A stretch of 43,653 nucleotides of DNA from a virus: IMG/VR virus record IMGVR_UViG_3300001919_000032, positions 1-43,653 of that record, one strand, 5' to 3'. The position numbers and the translations under genes were made by a program. A model generated the notes under the pieces. That model worked only from the letters and a program-made list of their open reading frames with translations. It made no database searches and was not told the DNA's origin. Positions 34,268-41,890 of this stretch are shown in pieces; within the stretch, counting starts at the first letter, position 1, and each line of letters opens with the position of its first letter.

Positions 34268-34677
34268 TGCCCGGCCTCTTTGTAGGAAATACATTCTGTG
34301 TTCGGCTTATCGCCATTAAAACGTGCCACTAATTTTAACGGCTACTAAAGCGCCCACAGATGCCCTCTGTTAAAAGAGCATGTGTTGGCGTTTTGTCCTC
34401 CCTGCACTGGTGGAACCTGCCCCAGGCCTATGGCTCAGAAGAGCTTCAGGAAGTGAGCCGCGTGAGGTCGTGCAGCTTGTCACTCGGGCTCCCCGGCATG
34501 CCGCTGCCGGATCAGAGCCGTCCGGGGAATTTCACCCCTTGAACTTGCCTTTATCGCAAGCCCTTGTGTCTGGATGTGGTCCAGAGATAAGGGTTCGCTT
34601 TTCTCCTTGTGGGATGATTGAGTTTGTAGAGGACCTAGCAAGCTCTCTTAGCTCAACCATCCCTTAGGAGAATTCAA

Positions 34678-35016
34678 ATGACAGAAAATGCTTCAAACGC
34701 CTTTAAACCTGAAGATGCGATCAAGATCATCCTTGCCGGCATCCAGAGCGGCTCCATCCACTTCCCATTCCTTCAGGCGTTCGATCAGGAGAAATTCCAA
34801 AGCCTTGTGAAAAGCGACCTTAAGAAGATCGATCCTCGTTTCGCGAGCACCAAGGCAATAGACGAGGCAATAAAGAATCGCGCTGCGTCTAAGCTCGCTT
34901 ATTTGTCCAGGGCTGACGCCATTTACCTGATCAGTCTTTATCGAGCCCTCATTACTGGCATCACGGAGGAAGAGGCCAAGCGTATCGACGACGCTGCCGC
35001 CAGTAGCTTTCTGTAG
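34678..35016 (+). CDS. Hypothetical protein (mutually overlapping with the antisense ORF 34693..35145)
   Basis: 112 aa with an AGGAG SD 7 nt upstream and a plausible helical composition. I cannot discriminate it from the antisense ORF by eye. Confidence 0.4.
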   Translation: MTENASNAFKPEDAIKIILAGIQSGSIHFPFLQAFDQEKFQSLVKSDLKKIDPRFASTKAIDEAIKNRAASKLAYLSRADAIYLISLYRALITGITEEEAKRIDDAAASSFL

Positions 35017-35145
35017 TTTTTCAAGAACGCCGATCAGGTATTCGGTTACAGACGATCCTAGACGGTGTTCTATGTCCTGACCTTTTTCTATCTCGGCCGC
35101 CCAAATATCTCGGGCGGCCTCAGCGGTGATCTTTTTGCCTTCCAT
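34693..35145 (-). CDS. Hypothetical protein (alternative to 34678..35016)
   Basis: 150 aa with an AGGAGG SD 6 nt upstream. Its start lies 1 nt after the stop of 35147..35389, so it would continue the minus-strand operon. Confidence 0.4.
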   Translation of the reverse strand: MEGKKITAEAARDIWAAEIEKGQDIEHRLGSSVTEYLIGVLEKLQKATGGSVVDTLGLFLRDASNEGSIKTDQVNGVSPGQISELRRSAILYCLVYCLGARETRIDLLKVAFHKALEFLLIERLKEWEVDGAALDAGKDDLDRIFRFKGV

Positions 35146-35146
35146 C

Positions 35147-35389
35147 TCACTCCTCCTTGCCTTCTACGTTCTTCTCGTCGGCAAGCTTCTTTGAACGGAT
35201 CCTGCGATCGATAAGCTGCTCAATTTGGCTGTCTACAAGAAAAGACGTAACGCACTTGCGGACCTCCTCTTGGACGTTCCTATCTTTGTTGTTGCTAAAG
35301 ATCTCAAAAATGATCGATACAACAAAGATCGCGTCAAAAGCGATAATCGCAAAAGCGAGCAGCTGAATATTTGCCGAAAGCACATCCAT
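35147..35389 (-). CDS. Small membrane protein
   Basis: 80 aa from the internal ATG, with the TM segment LLAFAIIAFDAIFVVSIIFEIF. Confidence 0.5.
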   Translation of the reverse strand: MDVLSANIQLLAFAIIAFDAIFVVSIIFEIFSNNKDRNVQEEVRKCVTSFLVDSQIEQLIDRRIRSKKLADEKNVEGKEE

Positions 35390-35390
35390 C

Positions 35391-35501
35391 TCACACTCCC
35401 GCAATCGCTCGCATCGCCCAGAGCACCCAGCAGCCGACGGTGCATGCTCCGATGAAGACGAGACCAACAACAGCCGTTACGATCCAGTCTGCTTTGCTCA
35501 T
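35391..35501 (-). CDS. 36-aa membrane peptide
   Basis: MSKADWIVTAVVGLVFIGACTVGCWVLWAMRAIAGV, with a GAGAGGAG SD. Below the cutoff of the supplied ORF track. Tightly packed between its neighbours. Confidence 0.4.
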   Translation of the reverse strand: MSKADWIVTAVVGLVFIGACTVGCWVLWAMRAIAGV

Positions 35502-35515
35502 GTCTGGCTCCTCTC

Positions 35516-35773
35516 TCAGATGCACCGCGCTGTTTTTGCAAGCTCCCTGTCGAAGCCGAAAAGCTCCAAAAGATCGGCTCTGGTGCTACTGTCCGGGGCG
35601 ACCCTCTGCCCCTTGAAGACGACGAGCGTATACCCGTCATCATCAGTGACGACCCTGTGGGCTAGCCACGCGTGGCACGGGATGTTCTTGTCTCCGTAGG
35701 TGGCGGCCTCGTGCCGGCGGATGAAGACAATCTTGGTGCCCTTGCTGGGGAAAACCGCGAAACAGCGTTCCAT
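35516..35773 (-). CDS. Hypothetical protein downstream of the repressor
   Basis: 85 aa from the internal ATG at 35773, with an SD (aagagga). It is the first gene after a promoter-like TTTACT-17-TATAGT. Confidence 0.45.
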   Translation of the reverse strand: MERCFAVFPSKGTKIVFIRRHEAATYGDKNIPCHAWLAHRVVTDDDGYTLVVFKGQRVAPDSSTRADLLELFGFDRELAKTARCI

Positions 35774-35846
35774 TTTCTTTTCCTCTTTCCACTTCGCCGA
35801 ATTTGAAAACCGGATCGTGTATGTAGTTTTAACTTCGTTATGAGGA

Positions 35847-35875
35847 ACTATAGCTACAAATTTAGGAAAAGTAAA
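35847..35875 (-). promoter_or_regulatory. Candidate sigma70 promoter (TTTACT-17 nt-TATAGT) flanked by ACTAC-type operator-like motifs
   Basis: On the minus strand: TTTACT, a 17-nt spacer, then TATAGT. AAAACTACGTAG (35895..35906) and TGTAGTTTT (35822..35830) flank it. Confidence 0.4.
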
Positions 35876-35934
35876 GCTACGCAGTTCCGAAGATAAAACT
35901 ACGTAGCACAAGTTTGTCCCACATCAAGAGGAAC

Positions 35935-35960
35935 AAAAAAACCGCCCTGCTAGGGCGGCG
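35935..35960 (-). terminator. Intrinsic terminator after the repressor gene
   Basis: On the minus strand: CCGCCCT agc AGGGCGG followed by T7. Confidence 0.7.
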
Positions 35961-35979
35961 CATTTAAAGATTTGGCTTT

Positions 35980-36660
35980 TTAAAAGGGGCCGCTACCAGA
36001 CCTGTCAACGACCCTCCCAATCAAGTAAAACTTCGACATTTCGTTTGGCAATATTTCTTCATCTTCCATGTTGGGGTTTTCGGAATGAACAATTACGCCG
36101 CCGTTCAGCTTTTTGTATAACCGTTTGACTCGTACTTCGTCGGCAAAGCAAAACGCATACACCTTACCGGAAACTATTGGGAATTTTCGGCAATCACAGA
36201 GGATCGTGTCCCCGTCGAACAGTATTGGCATCATGCTGTCACCGTGTACCTTTAAGCGGCGGCACTGAGCCGGATTTAGCCCGCGTTCCGTGAACCATTC
36301 TCTGCGATAGTATGCAGGCTTAGACTCTGTTGCCTCTTCAAAAGATGGGGAATCCTCAGATCCAGCTCCGCAGCGTACGCGATATTCGGGAATGATAATG
36401 TAGTCGTCGGAGCTTTTTGATTCATCTGAAGGCAACACCATCGAGTCGTCGGGATTTCCAACCCCTTCTGTGAGCCATTTCAGGCTAACGCCTAAAAACT
36501 CAGAAGCCTTAATTGCGTTGATGGCGGTCAATTGCTTTGTTTTTCCGTTGAACCAATTACTGACCGACGGATGAGACAGCCCGCAATATCTGGCCAATTC
36601 AATCTTTGTCTTGCCAGACTTTGTAAGCGCAATTTCCAATCTATCTTTAAGTTCTGACAT
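35980..36660 (-). CDS. cI: CI-like repressor (XRE HTH + S24 LexA-like peptidase)
   Basis: The N-terminal HTH is ...KIELARYCGLSHPSVSNWFNG... The C-terminal part has VHGDSMMP (Ser) and VKRLYKK (Lys). It is divergent from a Cro-like gene. Confidence 0.85.
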   Translation of the reverse strand: MSELKDRLEIALTKSGKTKIELARYCGLSHPSVSNWFNGKTKQLTAINAIKASEFLGVSLKWLTEGVGNPDDSMVLPSDESKSSDDYIIIPEYRVRCGAGSEDSPSFEEATESKPAYYRREWFTERGLNPAQCRRLKVHGDSMMPILFDGDTILCDCRKFPIVSGKVYAFCFADEVRVKRLYKKLNGGVIVHSENPNMEDEEILPNEMSKFYLIGRVVDRSGSGPF

Positions 36661-36775
36661 AGATCCTCCCGTAGGAAATACTACCGAACAAAAGACAACC
36701 AAAGAACGGGGTTGTAGTTTCTTTTTATGTAGCTATAATTACTTAAAAGTAAATTACCACTACGTAAGCGAAATT
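36661..36775. promoter_or_regulatory. Immunity switch region: divergent promoters and ACTAC-type operators
   Basis: TTGTAG-16 nt-TATAAT (36712..36739) faces rightward. Motifs ATACTACC, TGTAGTTT, TGTAGCTA, ACTACGTA and GACTACGTGTAG recur. Confidence 0.55.
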
Positions 36776-37012
36776 ATGACTACGTGTAGACGAAACAGAA
36801 GGCTCGACCCTGAAAGGTCAGAAAAGGTAATCGATGCCTTGGGAGGTGTTGTTTCTGTTGCCAAGACGTTCGGCATTCGACATCCGTCAGTTTCAGCATG
36901 GAAGAAGGTCGGCATACCAGAAGACAGACTCCAGTTTCTTCAGGTTAGATACAGAAAAGTGCCGGCTGTAGCCGAGACTCTCGATTTTCACCCGTGGCGC
37001 GACCGCGAATAA
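36776..37012 (+). CDS. Cro-like / YdaS-like HTH regulator
   Basis: 78 aa; ...VIDALGGVVSVAKTFGIRHPSVSAWKKVGIPEDR... is typical of the Cro/YdaS family. Divergent from cI. Confidence 0.6.
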   Translation: MTTCRRNRRLDPERSEKVIDALGGVVSVAKTFGIRHPSVSAWKKVGIPEDRLQFLQVRYRKVPAVAETLDFHPWRDRE

Positions 37013-37021
37013 GAGAGTGCC

Positions 37022-37888
37022 ATGTCGTACAGGGCGATGGACTGGGCCGCATCAGTTGATGTTGAAACTTCGCAACAGAGGCTTTGCCTCATGCTGTTGG
37101 CTTGGCACATGAGTGAAAGAACGGGGGAGTGCTTCCCAAGTCAAGCATTGCTTGCGAAAGAGGCACACATCAGTCTTCGCGCCGTGCAGTACGCCTTGTC
37201 TCAACTGGAACAAAAGAACCTCATCACCAGACGAGCAGAGAAGGATGATCGAGGCGTGATAGTCCGCACTCTCTATGCGATGTCTATACCGAATAGGGGG
37301 TCGCAAGGCGTGCAGGATGTGTCGCATACCGTGCATGGTGGTGTCGCACAGGGTGCGGGAGGGTGTCGCACGGATTGCACCGGGGTGTCGCATACCGTGC
37401 ATGAGGGTGTCGCACAGGGTGCATGTAAACAAGGAATAGAACAAGGAATTAAACAAGGAACTGAACAGGGGATAGAAGCTCTTCCTCCCTCCCCGCCTCC
37501 GGCGAGGAGGAAGACCGCGTTCCCCTGCCCACCAGAAATCAACCCTGAGGCATGGGACGCGTGGATGCAGGTTAGGAAAGCAAAGAGGACGGGCGGAATC
37601 ACGGAGTATGGGTGGAAGCTCTTCTGCAATCAAGCGGCTAAGGCTGGACTAACACCTGCGCAGGCGATAGATCTCTGCATAGAGCGGGGATGGCAAGGAT
37701 TTAAAGCCGAGTGGCTGAAGAGAGAGCAGGAACCGGAGGACGACTTCAAACGCATGGGTAGGCAGGAACGAGAAAGGCAGAGGCTTGCTAAGCAGCAGGG
37801 TCAGGCGCCGGCGCCTTCTTCGAAGCCCGCTTCTGAACAACAGAACCACGACGACGAAATCTACGAGGAACTCAATGGACTCTTTTGA
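37022..37888 (+). CDS. Replication initiator (O-like; N-terminal wHTH, internal iteron-encoding linker)
   Basis: ...CFPSQALLAKEAHISLRAVQYALSQLEQKNLI is wHTH-like. The central part is encoded by iterons. The C-terminal part is ...AWDAWMQVRKAKR...GWQGFKAEWL. Confidence 0.6.
   Translation: MSYRAMDWAASVDVETSQQRLCLMLLAWHMSERTGECFPSQALLAKEAHISLRAVQYALSQLEQKNLITRRAEKDDRGVIVRTLYAMSIPNRGSQGVQDVSHTVHGGVAQGAGGCRTDCTGVSHTVHEGVAQGACKQGIEQGIKQGTEQGIEALPPSPPPARRKTAFPCPPEINPEAWDAWMQVRKAKRTGGITEYGWKLFCNQAAKAGLTPAQAIDLCIERGWQGFKAEWLKREQEPEDDFKRMGRQERERQRLAKQQGQAPAPSSKPASEQQNHDDEIYEELNGLF
37298..37472. repeat. Origin-like iterons inside the initiator gene
   Basis: GTGTCGCA occurs at 37319, 37341, 37363, 37385 and 37407, an exact 22-bp phasing, plus a degenerate copy near 37298. 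Four 12-bp-phased (A/G)AACA(A/G)GGAA repeats follow at 37427..37472. Confidence 0.7.
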
Positions 37889-38258
37889 AGCCGCACGGAT
37901 CGACCGTCATGCTCCTTTCGGACCGGTGATCTACATCACCTTCCGATCAAAGGTTTTTCCGGATCACGCAACACCAAGGCTCAAGGTCAATTGGGGCTTC
38001 GGTGACGGCGAGGAAGATCTCGTTCCATACGTTGACGACGAGGTTTTTATCGATCCATTGGACAGGTTCCAGGACGTGGACTGGCGATTCTGCCGGGGGC
38101 ATTCCGTTTCCGTGAAGTCTGAGGAGGGTATGGATCCGGTGATGTGGGCCTGCAGAGACAACATATTGAACGCCGATCCGTGCTTCGCTTCTTTCCTGGA
38201 CTCAACCGACAGAATGGAGGTTTACAGAGATGGCAGATGTCTTTGCAGGGACCGTTGA
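37875..38258 (+). CDS. Hypothetical replication-module protein
   Basis: 127 aa from the internal ATG at 37875, which overlaps the initiator stop. Confidence 0.4.
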   Translation: MDSFEAARIDRHAPFGPVIYITFRSKVFPDHATPRLKVNWGFGDGEEDLVPYVDDEVFIDPLDRFQDVDWRFCRGHSVSVKSEEGMDPVMWACRDNILNADPCFASFLDSTDRMEVYRDGRCLCRDR

Positions 38259-39258
38259 ACCGGCAAAAACCCGCGGCGCCTGGAGCGACTACAACGCCCG
38301 GATTGCCGAGGACATCGTCAAGTGCGGACAGCTGCAGGGCGATATCGCTTCGGAGTTGATGTACCCGGCCAGTCGGCTTGCAGGAAAGAATCCGCTCGTG
38401 AAGTCCTTTGACTTCCGTCCTTCGGAACTTACTATCTGGGGCGGCGAAAACGGAGCGGGAAAGTCAGCCCTTATGAATCAGCTTGCTCTTTCCATGATGT
38501 CTCAGAGCCAGAAAGTTTGTTTGTTCTCGTTCGAAATGGATCCGAAGCGGACGCTGATCAGCTGCATGCGCTGCGCTTTTGGCCGTTCGCCAACGACTCA
38601 GGATCTTTTCCCTTTCTTCGACTGGGCGAACGATTTGCTCTACATCTACAGGAACCAGGGCGCTATCAGCGCGGAGTACTGCGCAGACGGTGTCTTCTAC
38701 GCCGCGAAAATGCTCGGGTGCCGGCACATCGTTGTGGATAACCTCATGATGCTCACGACTGGAAACAGCTCGGACTCGGTTATGCAGTCTCAGAAGCGCG
38801 TGGTCCAGACCATGAAAGAAATCGCTATCGCAACCGGCGCCCATATCCATCTTGTCGCTCATCTTCGCAAGCCGGCGAATGGTCAGGGGCAGAACGCGAA
38901 GCCGTCCCGTTTTGACATCTCCGGATCGTCAGACATCAGCAACCTGGCCGATAACGTGGCCTTGCTCAGGCGCAATCGAGAGAAGGAGCAGCAGATTATC
39001 GACGGCGGGTTTCGTAATGACCAGTGGGACTCTGAACCGGATGTCCTTCTGACAGTCGATAAGCAGCGAGCAACAGGAGACTCAAGCATGACGCCGCTCT
39101 GGTACGACAAGCCTAGCGGCCAGTTCTGCATAAGCTCAGCTCGGTATCTGCAGGACTACATGCCGTCCGGGATGTCCGGAATCGACACGACAAAACCGCA
39201 TCAGCTCGATGCCATTCAGGGACTTAAGGAAAGGAGCAAGCCACGGGAACCGATATGA
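38230..39258 (+). CDS. DnaB-like replicative helicase (RecA-fold domain)
   Basis: Walker A GGENGAGKSALMNQ, Walker B HIVVDNLMML, and ...HIHLVAHLRKP...ISGSSDISNLADNV... Confidence 0.65.
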   Translation: MADVFAGTVEPAKTRGAWSDYNARIAEDIVKCGQLQGDIASELMYPASRLAGKNPLVKSFDFRPSELTIWGGENGAGKSALMNQLALSMMSQSQKVCLFSFEMDPKRTLISCMRCAFGRSPTTQDLFPFFDWANDLLYIYRNQGAISAEYCADGVFYAAKMLGCRHIVVDNLMMLTTGNSSDSVMQSQKRVVQTMKEIAIATGAHIHLVAHLRKPANGQGQNAKPSRFDISGSSDISNLADNVALLRRNREKEQQIIDGGFRNDQWDSEPDVLLTVDKQRATGDSSMTPLWYDKPSGQFCISSARYLQDYMPSGMSGIDTTKPHQLDAIQGLKERSKPREPI

Positions 39259-39575
39259 GCTACTGGAGCAGCCAGCTCGCAGCGCTTGATCATGAGTGTG
39301 AGCGAGCGAGGCGGGACAAGGCAAAACGAGCTGAAGTCAACAAGAGGTCGTTGGAACGAGTCTATAGAACCCGGAAATCAAGAATTCCTACGCCGGAAGA
39401 GCTGGCTGTCATCGTAAGAGCCTATGGAACTATGCCGGTTGAGCGGTTCTGCCTGGCATCCGGGACTAACAGGTGCTCGATGAGCAGGCTCATCCGCGGA
39501 CTGCCAGTTGGCATAAAAACTCTTGAAAAAGCTTTGACGTTCTCAAAAACCATTGTGGAGGCGAACGGTGGTTGA
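39255..39575 (+). CDS. Hypothetical protein (possible HTH)
   Basis: 106 aa, coupled to the helicase by ATGA. Confidence 0.4.
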   Translation: MSYWSSQLAALDHECERARRDKAKRAEVNKRSLERVYRTRKSRIPTPEELAVIVRAYGTMPVERFCLASGTNRCSMSRLIRGLPVGIKTLEKALTFSKTIVEANGG

Positions 39576-39635
39576 GTTCGATAAGCATGATTGCACTTCT
39601 GTACGGATAAGGACGATAGAGGAGTTTTGGCATCC

Positions 39636-40034
39636 ATGATTTTTAAAACCGCGCATCGAAACTACGCACTGGAAGGACTCAGGGCCAGAGGTCGTCTCAA
39701 AACAGGCGAGCTGAACAAGACCGAGCAGTCGTACTCCGATTACTTGGAGGGAGAAAAGCGCTCAGGACGCATCTTCGATTTTTGGTTCGAGAGCATGAAG
39801 CTCAAAGTGGCTGATGGCTCATGCTGGTACACGCCGGATTTCGTCGTTCTTCGCCCAGATGGCAGGATCGAGCTGCACGAAGTGAAAGGCGCTCCAGCGG
39901 TGTTCATGGACGACGCGAAGATCAAGTGCAAAGTCATTGCCGACAAATACCCGTTCGATTTTTTTGTTATCTATCCCCGACGCAAAAAAGACGGCGGCGG
40001 GTTCGATGTCATTCCTTATCCCACAAGGAGATAG
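39636..40034 (+). CDS. DUF1064-like protein (PD-(D/E)XK-like nuclease fold candidate)
   Basis: NKTEQSYSDYLE...YTPDFVVLRPDGRIELHEVKG is characteristic of DUF1064. Confidence 0.5.
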   Translation: MIFKTAHRNYALEGLRARGRLKTGELNKTEQSYSDYLEGEKRSGRIFDFWFESMKLKVADGSCWYTPDFVVLRPDGRIELHEVKGAPAVFMDDAKIKCKVIADKYPFDFFVIYPRRKKDGGGFDVIPYPTRR

Positions 40035-40038
40035 TCCG

Positions 40039-40293
40039 ATGCAGTACACGTGGCACAGTGTTCACCAGCCGAAAGACCTGCCAAAAAACGGGGTGCGGGT
40101 ACTCTTCGAGGCTCGCTCAGGATTCCGCTTTTATGGACGCAGGACCGGGCGCGAAACGATCGAGGTGCTGCTTACGGGCCGCGAGATCTCATGGCTGCTC
40201 ATCAAGATGTGGGCCGTGGATGTGGTCCCAGAAAATGATGGGGCTGAAGAGCGTGGGCTGAGATTCTTCAACAGGAGCTACTATGGACGTTGA
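40039..40293 (+). CDS. Hypothetical protein
   Basis: 84 aa from the internal ATG, with an SD (aaggag). Confidence 0.4.
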   Translation: MQYTWHSVHQPKDLPKNGVRVLFEARSGFRFYGRRTGRETIEVLLTGREISWLLIKMWAVDVVPENDGAEERGLRFFNRSYYGR

Positions 40294-40633
40294 GGAGCGG
40301 CTTCGTAATTGGGGGAGGTGGAGCAGGACTGGAAGCGGGGTGCATTCCCAGGCTTCTCCAATCTACCGAATCATGGTCGAAAACGATCCAAACTATGAGA
40401 TAGAGCCATCCTCCAGTGGAGTATGCGACGAGGGCGACGCTCTACGGGTCGACAGGGCCATAACAAAAGCAAAACTGAAGCCGTATGAAAAGGAGATGCT
40501 GAAGCTTCGGTACATCCAACTCTACAACAAGACGGCCATCTGCAGCTATGAGCGGATCCTTTATAGGGAGTTTGAAACGCTCATGGCTGCGGCTGTTGCC
40601 AAGGTAAAGCAGGAATTAGAGTTTGATGTATAA
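40283..40633 (+). CDS. Late-gene antiterminator Q-like protein
   Basis: 116 aa; ...ERLRNWGRWSR... resembles antitermination Q family N-termini. It is the last gene before tandem terminators and the late region. Confidence 0.45.
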   Translation: MDVEERLRNWGRWSRTGSGVHSQASPIYRIMVENDPNYEIEPSSSGVCDEGDALRVDRAITKAKLKPYEKEMLKLRYIQLYNKTAICSYERILYREFETLMAAAVAKVKQELEFDV

Positions 40634-40671
40634 TAAATCAAACAATTCGAACGGTGCCAATAGGCTTTAAA

Positions 40672-40693
40672 TCTGCGGCGACGCAGAGTTTTT
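40672..40693 (+). terminator. Intrinsic terminator 1 downstream of the Q-like gene
   Basis: TCTGCG gcga CGCAGA followed by GTTTTT. Confidence 0.65.
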
Positions 40694-40711
40694 GCACCCT
40701 AAAGAAACGCA

Positions 40712-40747
40712 AACCCGAGAAGAACCATCTTCCCGGGTTAATTTTTT
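40712..40747 (+). terminator. Intrinsic terminator 2
   Basis: AACCCGAGAAG aaccat CTTCCCGGGTT (one mismatch), then AATTTTTT. Confidence 0.65.
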
Positions 40748-40957
40748 ATGCCGGGCGGGGTTTCTTGGCTTAAGGCCGGCCCCCAGCTCGGCGCCAGTTA
40801 TGCCGGGGCTTCGCACCTTTCCCTTCACTGCGTAATGCTGCCGCCACCTGAAGCGAAACCTCGGCACCAACATCCACACAGATAGTTCTCCTAAGTGGTG
40901 AATGATTCTTTTGTCGTGATGTAAGTTAAAATAGTTTCTTCAATCCATTTTCCGGAG

Positions 40958-41836
40958 ATGAAAATGGAAAACGTCACGACGAAAACAGAAACTTTCTTTG
41001 TTGAATTCGATGGGCCTGCGTTTGATAAGCACGAAATATCTGCTGCGGCTTTAGCGCAATCTTTGTTGGCACTTGATGGGTTTTCTCAGCAAGTGGCGAG
41101 AGAGATTTATGGCAGAAACGTTCAGGCGGAGCTTAAGGTTAGTGGAGGTTTTCGCCCGGGGTCGTTTATTGTTGATTTGTGTTTTCAGTCTACTGGCGCG
41201 TTGGCTGCTACAGTAACAGCCGTTCGCGGCGTTATTGATACTGTTAAAGATGTTGTTAAGCTCGGGAAATGGGCTTTTGGCGAAAAGGTTGATGTTGAAG
41301 CAAAGCCAAACGCGGCTGGAGAAGTCCGTGCCATAAACAAATTTGGTCAATCAATCAACATCAACGCCGGAGTTGTTAACATTTATAGTTCGATGAAAAC
41401 GCGAACACAGCTTTCAAGGTTTACACAGACGCTAGACATTGATGGTGTTGATAAGATAAAAATTTCCGGAAATAAGGATTCCTCACCCGAAGAAATAACA
41501 AAGGACGATAGAAAGTACTTCCGCCACGAAGAAGGAATTGTTCTTACCGACAACGAGACAGAAGTTATTCTTGAAGTTATTGGACCAATGCTGAACGGAA
41601 CGCCGAAGGGATGGACATTTAGCGAAGGCGAGGATGGCATAACGTTTACAGCAACAGTCGAGGATAATGATTTTCTTGAGGATGTTAAGAGCAGAAAGAT
41701 TAGGATTGAAAACGGAACAAGCATCAGGGCGGTGGTACGGGTTGTGCAACGGAAAAATGTCCGTACAAAAACAGATAGGACAATCGTTGAGGTAAAGGAA
41801 GTTATTCAGCCAGACGCAACTCCGAAAACAAATTAA
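40958..41836 (+). CDS. Hypothetical 292-aa moron protein
   Basis: AT-richer than the backbone. The N-terminus is ...FFVEFDGPAFDKHEISAAALAQSLLALDGFSQ...GGFRPGSFIVDL. No structural or lysis signature is present. Confidence 0.55.
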   Translation: MKMENVTTKTETFFVEFDGPAFDKHEISAAALAQSLLALDGFSQQVAREIYGRNVQAELKVSGGFRPGSFIVDLCFQSTGALAATVTAVRGVIDTVKDVVKLGKWAFGEKVDVEAKPNAAGEVRAINKFGQSININAGVVNIYSSMKTRTQLSRFTQTLDIDGVDKIKISGNKDSSPEEITKDDRKYFRHEEGIVLTDNETEVILEVIGPMLNGTPKGWTFSEGEDGITFTATVEDNDFLEDVKSRKIRIENGTSIRAVVRVVQRKNVRTKTDRTIVEVKEVIQPDATPKTN

Positions 41837-41860
41837 TTTATATGAAACGAATTAAACGAC

Positions 41861-41890
41861 CCCGCCCTCGTGATGAGGACGGGTTTTGTT
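41861..41890. terminator. Hairpin terminator between convergent genes
   Basis: CCCGCCCTC gtgatg GAGGACGGG (one mismatch), followed by TTTTGTTT. Confidence 0.55.

Noticed and set aside
34360-34667. Plus-strand ORFs of 60 and 95 aa in the ParA-upstream spacer.
   Set aside because: Their composition is Arg/Pro/Ser/Gly-rich, there is no SD, and they overlap hairpin structures. I treat the region as non-coding and possibly RNA-encoding.
35095-35119. GGCCGCCC-N9-GGGCGGCC hairpin as an intrinsic terminator.
   Set aside because: There is no adjacent U-run on either strand: the T-run is 12 nt away on plus, and an A-rich tract follows on minus. It cannot be called a canonical terminator and does not resolve the overlapping-ORF question.
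37319-37414. Regularly spaced 8-bp repeats (22-bp period) that superficially resemble a mini CRISPR array.
   Set aside because: The repeat unit is far too short, the 'spacers' alternate between two sequences, the array is in-frame inside the replication initiator gene, and no cas genes are present. I interpret it as origin iterons.
40667-40879. 70-aa minus-strand ORF in the Q-to-moron spacer.
   Set aside because: It spans two plus-strand terminator hairpins, its composition is Arg/Pro/Gly-rich, and there is no SD. It is likely non-coding leader sequence.
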